A stretch of 64,000 nt of DNA, taken from positions 23,312,001-23,376,000 of the forward strand of contig OZ024752.1 in the NCBI GenBank assembly GCA_964016885.1, given 5' to 3'. Shown in pieces: positions 41,800 through 54,500 of this stretch. The stretch is from Eledone cirrhosa (lineage: Eukaryota). The notes below the pieces were generated by a model that was not told the DNA's origin, did no database searches, and saw only the letters and a list, made by a program, of their open reading frames with translations. Positions within the stretch are counted from its first letter, which is position 1. Each line of letters begins with the position of its first letter. A program made the position numbers and the translations under genes.

Positions 41800-44700
41800 T
41801 CTAACGACTGTCATTCTATCTGACGTTCTAACCACTGTCATTCAATCTGACGTTCTAATGACTCATTTTATCAGACGTTCTAACGACTGTCGTTCTATCT
41901 GACGTTCTAGCGACTGTCATTCTATTTCATGTTCTAAAGGCTGTCATTCTATCTGACATTCTAGCGACTGTCATTCTATCTGACGTTCTAACCACTGTAA
42001 TTCTATCTGACATTCTACCGACTGTAATTCTATCTGACATTCTAACGACTGTCATTCTATCTGACGTTCTAGCGACTGTCATTCTACCTGACGTTCTAGG
42101 GACTGTCATTCTATCTTAAGTTCTAACGACTGTCATTTTATCTGATGTGCTAACGATGCCATTCTATCTGACGTTCTAGCGACTGTATCTTTATCTGACG
42201 TGCTAACAACTGCCATTCTACCTGACGTTCTAGCGACTGTCATTCTATTTGACGTTCTAACGACTGTCATTCTATCTGTCGTTCTAACCACTGTCATTGT
42301 ATCTGACGTTCTAGCGACTGTTATTCTATTTGATGTTCTAACGACTGTCATTCTATCTGCCGTTCTAACGACTGTCGTTCTATCTGAAGTTCTAACGACT
42401 GTCATTTTATCTGATGTGCTAACGATGCCATTCTATCTGACGTTCTAACGACTGTCATTCTATCTGACGTTCTAATGACTGTCATTCTATCTGACATTCT
42501 TGCAACTGTCAATCTATCTAACGTTCTAACCACTGTCATTCTATTTGATGTTCTAACGACTGTCATTCTATCTGCCGTTCTAACGACTGTCGTTCTATCT
42601 GACGTTCTAGCGACTGTCATGCTATTTGACGTTCTGACGACTGCCATTCTATCTGAGGTTCTAACCAGTCATTCTATCTGACGTTCTAGCGACTGTCATT
42701 CCATAAAACGTTCTAGCGACTGTCATTCTATCTGCCGTTCTAGAGACTGTTATTCTATCTGAATTTCTAACGACTGTCATTCTATCTGACGTTCTAACGT
42801 CTGTCATTTGATATGATGTTCTAACGATTCTCATTCTATCTGACGTTCTAGCGACTGTTATTCCATCTGACGTTCTAACGACTGTCATTCTATCTGCCGT
42901 TTTAGAGACTGTCATTCTATCTTACGTTCTAACAACTGTCATTCTATCTGACGTTCTAACGACTGTCATTCTCTCTGATGTTCTAACGACTGTCATTGTA
43001 TCTTTACGTTCTAGCGACTGTCATTCTATCTGACGTTCTAATGACTGTCATTCTATCTGACGTTCTAACGACTGTCATTCTATCTGACGTTCTAGCGATT
43101 GTCATCCTATCTGACGTTCTAACGACTGTCATTCTATCTGATGTTCTAATGACTGTCATTCTATCTAACATTCTAGCAACTGTCATTCTATCTAACGTTC
43201 TAAAAACTGTCATTCTATCTGACATTCTAGCGACTGTCATTCTATCTGACGCTCTAACGACTGTCATTCTATCTGACGTTCTAACAACTGTCATTCTATC
43301 TAACGTTCTAACGACAGTCATTATATCTGACGTTCTAGCGACTGTCAGTCTATCTGACGTTCTTGCAACTGTCATTCTATCTTCCGTTTTAGAGACTGTC
43401 ATTCTATCTTACGTTCTAACAACTGTGAGTCGATCTGACGTTCTAACGACTGTCATTCTACCTGACGTTCTAACGACTGTCATACTATCTGACGTTCTTA
43501 CCACTGTCATTCTATCTGACGTTCTAGCGACTGTCATTCTATCTGACGTTCTAGCGATTGTCATCCTATCTGACGTTCTAACGACTGTCATTCTATCTGA
43601 CGTTCTAACAAATGTCATCCTATCTGACGTCCTAGCGACTGTCATTCTACCTGACGTTCTAGCGACTGTCATTCTATCTGACGTTCTACCAATGTCATTC
43701 TATCTGATGTTCTAACGACTGTCATACTATCTGACGTTCTAACCACTGTCATTCAATCAGACATTCTAGCGATTGTCATCCTATCTGACGTTCTAACGAC
43801 TGTCATTCTATCTGACCTTCTAACGAATGTCATTCTATCTGAGGTCCTAGCGACTGTAACTTTATCTGACGTGCCATTCTACCTGACGTTCTAACAACTG
43901 TCATTCTATTTGACCTTCTAACGAATGTCATTCTATCTGAGGTCCTAGCGACTGTCATTCTATCTGACGTTCTAACGACTGTCATTTTATCTGACGTTCT
44001 AACGACTGTCATTCTATCTGACGTTCTAGCGACTGTCGTTCTATCTGACGTTCTAGCGACTGTCATTCTATCTGACGTTCTAACAACTGTAATTCTATCT
44101 GACGTTCTAACGACTGTAATTCTATCTGACGTTCTAACGACTGTCATTCTATCTGAATTTATAACGACTGTCTTTCTATCTGACGTTCTAACCACTGTCA
44201 TTCTCTCTGACGTTCTAGCGACTGTCATTCTATATGACGTTCTAGCTATTGTCATCCTATCTGACGTTCTAGCAACTGTCAGTCTATCTGACGTTCCAAC
44301 GACTGTTATTCTATCTGACGTCCTAGCGACTGTCATTTTATCTGACGTTCTAACGACTGTCATTCTATCTGACGTTCTACCCACTGTCATTCAATCTGAC
44401 GTTCTAATGACTCATTTTAACAGACGTTCTAACGACTGTCGTTCTATCTGACGTTCTAGCGACTGTCATTCTATTTCATGTTCTAAAGACTGTCATTCTA
44501 TCTGACATTCTAGCGACTGTCATTCTATCTGACGTTCTAACCACTGTAATTCTATCTGACATTCTACCGACTGTAATTCTATCTGACGTTCTAACGACTG
44601 TCATTCTATCTGACGTTCTAACAACTGTCATTCTATCTAACGTTCTAACGACTGTCATTATATCTGACGTTCTAGCGACTGTCATTCTATCTGACATTCT

Positions 44701-47700
44701 AACGACTGTCATTGTATCTGACTTTCTAGCGACTGTCATTCTCCCTGACGTTCTAGCGACTGTCATTCTATCTGAAGTTCTAACGACGGTCATTTTATCT
44801 GATGTGCTAACGATGCCATTCTATCTGACGTTCTAGCGACTGTAACTTTATCTGACGTGCTAACGACTGCAATTCTACCTGACGTTCTAGCGACTGTCAT
44901 TCTATGTGACGTTCTAACAACTGTCATTCTATCTGACGTTCTAACCACTGTCATTCTATCTGACGTTATAGCGACTGTCACTCTACCTGACGTTCTAGCG
45001 ACTGTCATTCTATCTGACGTTCTAACCACTGTCATTCTATCTGACGTTCTAGCGACTGTCATTCTATTTGATGTTCTAACGACTGTAATTCTATCTGACG
45101 TTCTAACGACTGTCGTTCTATCTGACGTTCTAGCGACTGTCATTCTATCTGACGTTCTAACCAGTCATTCTATCTGACGTTCTAGCGTTGTCACTCTATC
45201 TGACGTTCTAACAACTGTCAGTATATCTGATGTTCTAACGACTATCATTCTATCTGATGTCCTAACGACTGTCATTCTATCTGACGTTCTAGCGACTGTC
45301 ATTCTATCTGACGTTCTAACGACTGTAATTCTATCTGACGTTCTAACGACTGTCATTCTATCTCAATTTCTAACGACTGTCATTCTATCTGACGTTCTAA
45401 CCACTGTCATTCTCTCTGACGTTCTAGCGACTGTCATTCTATCTGACGTTCTAGCTATTGTCATCCTATCTGACGTTCTAGCAACTGTCATTCTATCTGA
45501 CGTTCCAACGACTGTTATTCTATCTGACGTCCTAGCGACTGTCATTTTATCTGACGTTCTAACGACTGTCATTCTATCTGACGTTCTAACCACTGTCATT
45601 CTATCTGACGTTCTAACCACTGTCATTCAATCTGACGTTCTAATGACTGTCATTTTATCTGACGTTCTAACGACTGTCATTCTATCTGACGTTCTAACCA
45701 CTGTCATTCAATCTGACGTTCTAATGACTCATTTTATCAGACGTTCTAACGACTGTCGTTCTATCTGACGTTCTAGCGACTGTCATTCTATTTCATGTTC
45801 TAAAGACTGTCATTCTATCTGACATTCTAGCGACTGTCATTCTATCTGACGTTCTAACCACTGTAATTCTATCTGACATTCTACCGACTGTAATTCTATC
45901 TGACATTCTAACGACTGTCATTCTATCTGACGTTCTAGCGACTGTCATTCTACCTGACGTTCTAGGGACTGTCATTCTATCTTAAGTTCTAACGACTGTC
46001 ATTTTATCTGATGTGCTAACGATGCCATTCTATCTGACGTTCTAGCGACTGTATCTTTATCTGACGTGCTAACAACTGCCATTCTACCTGACGTTCTAGC
46101 GACTGTCATTCTATTTGACGTTCTAACGACTGTCATTCTATCTGTCGTTCTAACCACTGTCATTGTATCTGACGTTCTAGCGACTGTTATTCTATTTGAT
46201 GTTCTAACGACTGTCATTCTATCTGCCGTTCTAACGACTGTCGTTCTATCTGAAGTTCTAACGACTGTCATTTTATCTGATGTGCTAACGATGCCATTCT
46301 ATCTGACGTTCTAACGACTGTCATTCTATCTGACGTTCTAATGACTGTCATTCTATCTGACATTCTTGCAACTGTCAATCTATCTAACGTTCTAACCACT
46401 GTCATTCTATTTGATGTTCTAACGACTGTCATTCTATCTGCCGTTCTAACGACTGTCGTTCTATCTGATGTTCTAGCGACTGTCATGCTATTTGACGTTC
46501 TGACGACTGCCATTCTATCTGAGGTTCTAACCAGTCATTCTATCTGACGTTCTAGCGACTGTCATTCCATAAAACGTTCTAGCGACTGTCATTCTATCTG
46601 CCGTTCTAGAGACTGTTATTCTATCTGAATTTCTAACGACTGTCATTCTATCTGACGTTCTAACGTCTGTCATTTGATATGATGTTCTAACGATTCTCAT
46701 TCTATCTGACGTTCTAGCGACTGTTATTCCATCTGACGTTCTAACGACTGTCATTCTATCTGCCGTTTTAGAGACTGTCATTCTATCTTACGTTCTAACA
46801 ACTGTCATTCTATCTGACGTTCTAACGACTGTCATTCTCTCTGATGTTCTAACGACTGTCATTGTATCTTTACGTTCTAGCGACTGTCATTCTATCTGAC
46901 GTTCTAATGACTGTCATTCTATCTGACGTTCTAACGACTGTCATTCTATCTGACGTTCTAGCGATTGTCATCCTATCTGACGTTCTAACGACTGTCATTC
47001 TATCTGATGTTCTAATGACTGTCATTCTATCTAACATTCTAGCAACTGTCATTCTATCTAACGTTCTAAAAACTGTCATTCTATCTGACATTCTAGCGAC
47101 TGTCATTCTATCTGACGCTCTAACGACTGTCATTCTATCTGACGTTCTAACAACTGTCATTCTATCTAACGTTCTAACGACAGTCATTATATCTGACGTT
47201 CTAGCGACTGTCAGTCTATCTGACGTTCTTGCAACTGTCATTCTATCTTCCGTTTTAGAGACTGTCATTCTATCTTACGTTCTAACAACTGTGAGTCGAT
47301 CTGACGTTCTAACGACTGTCATTCTACCTGACGTTCTAACGACTGTCATACTATCTGACGTTCTTACCACTGTCATTCTATCTGACGTTCTAGCGACTGT
47401 CATTCTATCTGACGTTCTAGCGATTGTCATCCTATCTGACGTTCTAACGACTGTCATTCTATCTGACGTTCTAACAAATGTCATCCTATCTGACGTCCTA
47501 GCGACTGTCATTCTACCTGACGTTCTAGCGACTGTCATTCTATCTGACGTTCTACCAATGTCATTCTATCTGATGTTCTAACGACTGTCATACTATCTGA
47601 CGTTCTAACCACTGTCATTCTATCAGACATTCTAGCGATTGTCATCCTATCTGACGTTCTAACGACTGTCATTCTATCTGACCTTCTAACGAATGTCATT

Positions 47701-49545
47701 CTATCTGAGGTCCTAGCGACTGTAACTTTATCTGACGTGCCATTCTACCTGACGTTCTAACAACTGTCATTCTATCTGACCTTCTAACGAATGTCATTCT
47801 ATCTGAGGTCCTAGCGACTGTCATTCTATCTGACGTTCTAACGACTGTCATTTTATCTGACGTTCTAACGACTGTCATTCTATCTGACGTTCTAGCGACT
47901 GTCGTTCTATCTGACGTTCTAGCGACTGTCATTCTATCTGACGTTCTAACAACTGTAATTCTATCTGACGTTCTAACGACTGTAATTCTATCTGACGTTC
48001 TAACGACTGTCATTCTATCTGAATTTATAACGACTGTCTTTCTATCTGACGTTCTAACCACTGTCATTCTCTCTGACGTTCTAGCGACTGTCATTCTATA
48101 TGACATTCTAGCTATTGTCATCCTATCTGACGTTCTAGCAACTGTCAGTCTATCTGACGTTCCAACGACTGTTATTCTATCTGACGTCCTAGCGACTGTC
48201 ATTTTATCTGACGTTCTAACGACTGTCATTCTATCTGACGTTCTAACCACTGTCATTCAATCTGACGTTCTAATGACTCATTTTAACAGACGTTCTAACG
48301 ACTGTCGTTCTATCTGACGTTCTAGCGACTGTCATTCTATTTCATGTTCTAAAGACTGTCATTCTATCTGACATTCTAGCGACTGTCATTCTATCTGACG
48401 TTCTAACCACTGTAATTCTATCTGACATTCTACCGACTGTAATTCTATCTGACGTTCTAACGACTGTCATTCTATCTGACGTTCTAACAACTGTCATTCT
48501 ATCTAACGTTCTAACGACTGTCATTATATCTGACGTTCTAGCGACTGTCATTCTATCTGACATTCTAACGACTGTCATTGTATCTGACTTTCTAGCGACT
48601 GTCATTCTCCCTGACGTTCTAGCGACTGTCATTCTATCTGAAGTTCTAACGACGGTCATTTTATCTGATGTGCTAACGATGCCATTCTATCTGACGTTCT
48701 AGCGACTGTAACTTTATCTGACGTGCTAACGACTGCAATTCTACCTGACGTTCTAGCAACTGTCATTCTATGTGACGTTCTAACAACTGTCATTCTATCT
48801 GACGTTCTAACCACTGTCATTCTATCTGACGTTATAGCGACTGTCACTCTACCTGACGTTCTAGCGACTGTCATTCTATCTGACGTTCTAACCACTGTCA
48901 TTCTATCTGACGTTCTAGCGACTGTCATTCTATTTGATGTTCTAACGACTGTAATTCTATCTGACGTTCTAACGACTGTCGTTCTATCTGACGTTCTAGC
49001 GACTGTCATTCTATCTGACGTTCTAACCAGTCATTCTATCTGACGTTCTAGCGTTGTCACTCTATCTTACGTTCTAACAACTGTCAGTATATCTGATGTT
49101 CTAACGACTATCATTCTATCTGATGTCCTAACGACTGTCATTCTATCTGACGTTCTAGCGACTGTCATTCTATCTGACGGTCTAACGACTGTAATTCTAT
49201 CTGACGTTCTAACGACTGTCATTCTATCTCAATTTCTAACGACTGTCATTCTATCTGACGTTCTAACCACTGTCATTCTCTCTGACGTTCTAGCGACTGT
49301 CATTCTATCTGACGTTCTAGCTATTGTCATCCTATCTGACGTTCTAGCAACTGTCATTCTATCTGACGTTCCAACGACTGTTATTCTATCTGACGTCCTA
49401 GCGACTGTCATTTTATCTGACGTTCTAACGACTGTCATTCTATCTGACGTTCTAACCACTGTCATTCTATCTGACGTTCTAACCACTGTCATTCAATCTG
49501 ACGTTCTAATGACTGTCATTTTATCTGACGTTCTAACGACTGTCG
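41800..49545. repeat. 3866-bp near-identical tandem duplication
   Basis: ORF pairs 42133/45999, 42996/46862, 43830/47696, 44857/48723 and 45363/49229 all have offset 3866. Both copies carry the rare variants ttgtatctttacg (42996/46862) and ttttaacagac (~44415/~48281). Confidence 0.94.
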
Positions 49546-51549
49546 TTCTATCTGACGTTGTAGCGACCGTCATTCTATTTGACGTTCTAATGACTGCCAT
49601 TCTATCTGACGTTCTAACCAGTCATTCTATTTGACGTTCTATCGATGTCATTCCATCTGACGTTCTAACGACTGTCATTCTATCTGCCGTTTTAGAGACT
49701 GTCATTCTATCTTACGTTCTAACAACTGTGAGTCTATCTGACGTTCTAACGACTGTCATTCTATCTCACGTTCTAACCACTGTCATTCTATCTCACGTTC
49801 TAGCGACTGTCATTCTATCTAACGTTCTAACGACTGTCGTTCTATCTGACGTTCTAGCGACTGTCGTTCTATCTGACGATCTAACGACTGTCATTCCATC
49901 TGACGTTCTTACGACTGTCATTCTATCTTCCGTTTTAGAGACTGTCATTCTATCTTACGTTCTAACAACTGTGAGTCTATCTGACGTTCTAACGACTATC
50001 ATTCTATCTGATGTTCTAACGACTGTCATTCTATCTGACGTTCTAGCTAGTGTCATTCTATCTGACGTTCTAACGACTGTCATTCTATCTGACGTTCTAA
50101 TGACTGTCATTCTATCTGACATTCTAGCGACTGTCATTCTATGTGACGTTCTAACCACTGTCATTCTATCTGACGATCTAGCGTCTGTTATTCTATCTGA
50201 ATTCCTAACGACTGTCATTCTATATCACGTTCTAACCACTGTCAATCTCTCTGACGTTCTGGCGACTGTCATTCTACCTGACATTCTAACGACTGTCATA
50301 CTATCTGACGTTCTTACCACTGTCATTCTATCTGACGTTCTAGCGATTGTCATCCTATCTGACCTTCTAACGACTGTCATTCTATCTGACGTTCAAACAA
50401 ATGTCATTCTATCTGACGTCCTAGCGACTGTCATTCTATCTGGCGTTCTAACGACTGTCATTTTATCTGACGTTCTAACGACTGTCATTCTATCTGACAT
50501 TCTAACGACTGTCATTCTATCTGACGTTCTAACCATTGTCATTCTATCTGACGTTCTAGCGACTGTCATTCTATTTCATGTTCTAAAGACTGTCATTCTA
50601 TCTGACATTCTAGCGCTTGTCATTCTATCTGACGTTCTAACAACTGTCATTCTATCTGACGTTCTAGCGACTGTCATTCTATCTGACGTTATAACAACTG
50701 TCATTCTATCTGACGTTCTAACGACTGTAATTCTATCGGACGTTCTAACGCCTGTCATTCTAACTGACGTTCTAACAACTGTCATTCTATCTGACGTTCT
50801 AGCGACTGTCATTCTATCTGACGTTCTAACCACCGTCATTCTATCTGATGTTCTAACGCCTGTCATTCTCTCTGACGTTCTAACAACTGTCATTCTATCT
50901 GACGTTCTAACGACTGTAATTCTATCTGACGTTCTAACGCCTGTCATTATATTTGACGTACTAATGACTGTCATTCTATATATCGTTCTAACCACTGTCA
51001 TTCTATCTGACGTTCTAGCGACTGTCATTCTATTTGATGTTCTAACGACTGTCATTCTATCTGACGTTCTAACCACTGTCATTCTATCTAATGTTCTAAC
51101 GACTGTCATTCTATCTGAATTTTTAACAACTGTCATTCTATCTGACGTTCTAACCACTGTCATTCTCTCTGACGTTCTAACGACTGTCATTCTATCTGAC
51201 GTTCTAGCTATTGTCATCCTATCTGACGTTCTAGCGACTGTCATTCTATCTGATGTTCCAACGACTGTTATTCTATCTGACGTCCTAGCTACTGTCATTC
51301 TACTGACGTTCTAACGACTGTAATTTTATCTGACGTTCTAACGACTGTCATTCTATCTGACGTTCTAACCACTGTCATTCTATCTGACGTTCTAACGACT
51401 GTCATTTTATCGGACGTTCTAACGACATTCATTCTATCTGACGTTCTAACCACTGTCATTCTATCTGACGTTCTAACCACTGTCATTCTATCTGACGTTA
51501 TAGCGACTGTCATTCTACCTGACGTTCTAGCGACTGTCATTCTATCTGA

Positions 51550-54500
51550 CGTTCTAACGACTGCCATTCTATCTGACGTTCAAAGCAGTCATTCTATCTG
51601 ACGTTCTAGCGATGTCATTCTCTCTGATGTTCTAACGACTGTCATTCTACCTGCCGTTTTAGAGACTGTCATTCTATCTTACGTTCTAACAACTGTCAGT
51701 CTATCTGATGTTCTAACGACTATCATTCTATCTGAGGTCCTAACGACTGTCATTCTATCTGACGTACTAGCGACTGTCATTCTATGTGACGTTCTAACGA
51801 CTGTCATTCTATCTGACGTTCTAACGACTGTCATTCTAACTGACATTCTAGCGACTGTCATTCTATCTGACGTTCTAACCACTGTCATTTTATCTGCCGA
51901 TCTAGCGACTGTCATTCTATCTGAATTTCTAACGACTGTCATTCTATATCACGTTCTAACCACTGTCAATCTCTCTGACGTTCTAGCGACTGTCATTCTA
52001 TCTGACGTTCAAACGTCTGTCATTCTATCTGACGTTCTAGCGACTGTCATTCTACCTGAGTTCTAACGACTGTCATTCTATCTGACGTCCTAGCGACTGT
52101 CATTCTATCTGACGTTCTAACGAATGTCATTCTATCTGACGTTCTAACGACTGTCATACTATCTGACGTTCTAACCACTGTCATTCTATCTGACGTTCTA
52201 GCGACTGTCATTCTATCTGACGTTCTAACGACTGTCATTCTATCTGACAATCTAGCGACTGTCATTCTATGTGACTTTCTAACCACTGTCATTCTATCTG
52301 ACGATCTAGCGTCTGTTATTCTATCTGAATTCCTAACGACTGTCATTCTATATCACGTTCTAACCACTGTCAATCTCTCTGACGTTCTGGCGACGGTCAT
52401 TCTACCTGACGTTCTAACGACTGTCATACTATCTGACGTTCTTACCACTGTCATTCTATCTGACGTTCTAGCGACTGTCATTCTATTTCATGTTCTAAAG
52501 ACTGTCATTCTATCTGACATTCTAGCGCTTGTCATTCTATCTGACGTTCTAACAACTGTCATTCTATCTGACGTTCTAGCGACTGTCATTCTATCTGACG
52601 TTATAACAACTGTCATTCTATTTGATGTTCTAACGCCTGTCATTCTATCTGACGTTCTAACAATTGTCATTCTATCTGATGTTCTAGTGACTGTCATTCT
52701 ATCTGACGTTCTAACAACTGTCATTCTATCTGACGTTCTAACGACTGTAATTCTATCTGACGTCCTAACGCCTGTCATTATATTTGACGTACTAACGACT
52801 GTCATTCTATATATCGTTCTAACCACTGTCATTCTAGCTGACGTTCTAGCGACTGTCATTCTATTTGATGTTCTAACGACTGTCATTCTATCTGACGTTC
52901 TAACTACTGTCATTCTATCTGACGTTCTAACGACTGTAATTCTATCTGACGTTCTAACGACTGTCATTCTATCTGAATTTTTAACAACTGTCATTCTATC
53001 TGACGTTCTAGCGACTGTCATTCTATCTGACGTTCTAGCTATTGTCATCCTATCTGACGTTCTAGCGACTGTCATTCTATCTGATGTTCCAACGACTGTT
53101 ATTCTATCTGACGTCCTAGCTACTGTCATTCTACTGACGTTCTAACGACTGTAATTTTATCTGACGTTCTAACGACTGTCATTCTAACTGACGTTCTAAC
53201 AACTGTCATTCTATCTAACGTTCTAACGACAGTCATTATATCTGACGTTCTAGCGACTGTCAGTCTATCTGACGTTCTTACAACTGTCATTCTATCTTCC
53301 GTTTTAGAGACTGTCATTCTATCTTACGTTCTAACAACTGTGAGTCGATCTGACGTTCTAACGATTGTCATTCTATCTGACATTCTAGCGAGTGTCATTC
53401 TATCTGACGTTCTAACGACTGTCAATCTCTCTGACGTTCTGGCGACTGTCATTCTACCTGACGTTCTAACGACTGTCATACTATCTGACGTTCTTACCAC
53501 TGTCATTCTATCTGACGTTCTAGCGACTGTCATTCTATCTGACGTTCTAGCGATTGTCATCCTATCTGACGTTCTAACGACTGTCATTCTATCTGACGTT
53601 CTAACAAATGTCATCCTATCTGACGTCCTAGCGACTGTCATTCTACCTGACGTTCTAGCGACTGTCATTCTATCTGACGTTCTACCAATGTCATTCTATC
53701 TCATGTTCTAACGACTGTCATACTATCTGACGTTCTAACCACTGTCATTCTATCAGACATTCTAGCGATTGTCATCCTATCTGACGTTCTAACGACTGTC
53801 ATTCTATCTAACGTTCTAACGAATGTCATTCTATCTGAGGTCCTAGCGACTGTCATTCTATCTGACGTTCTAACGACTGTCATTTTATCTGACGTTCTAA
53901 GGACTGTCATTCTATCTGACGTTCTAGCGACTGTCGTTCTATCTGACGTTCTAGCGACTGTCATTCTATCTGACGTTCTAACAACTGTAATTCTATCTGA
54001 CGTTCTAACGACTGTAATTCTATCTGACGTTCTAACGACTGTCATTCTATCTGAATTTATAACGATTGTCATTCTATCTGACGTTCTAACCACTGTCATT
54101 CTCTCTGACGTTCTAGCGACTGTCATTCTATCTGACGTTCTAGCTATTGTCATCCTATCTGACGTTCTAGCGACTGTCATTCTATCTGATGTTCCAACGA
54201 CTGTTATTCTATCTGACGTCCTAGCTACTGTCATTCTACTGACGTTCTAACGACTGTAATTTTATCTGACGTTCTAACGACTGTCATTCTATCTGACGTT
54301 CTAACCACTGTCATTCTATCTGACGTTCTAACGACTGTCATTTTATCTGACGTTCTAACGACATTCATTCTATCTGACGTTCTAACCACTGTCATTCTAT
54401 CTGACGTTCTAACCACTGCCATTCTATCTGACGTTATAGCGACTGTCATTCTACCTGACGTTCTAGCGACTGTCATTCTATCTGACGTTCTAACGACTGT

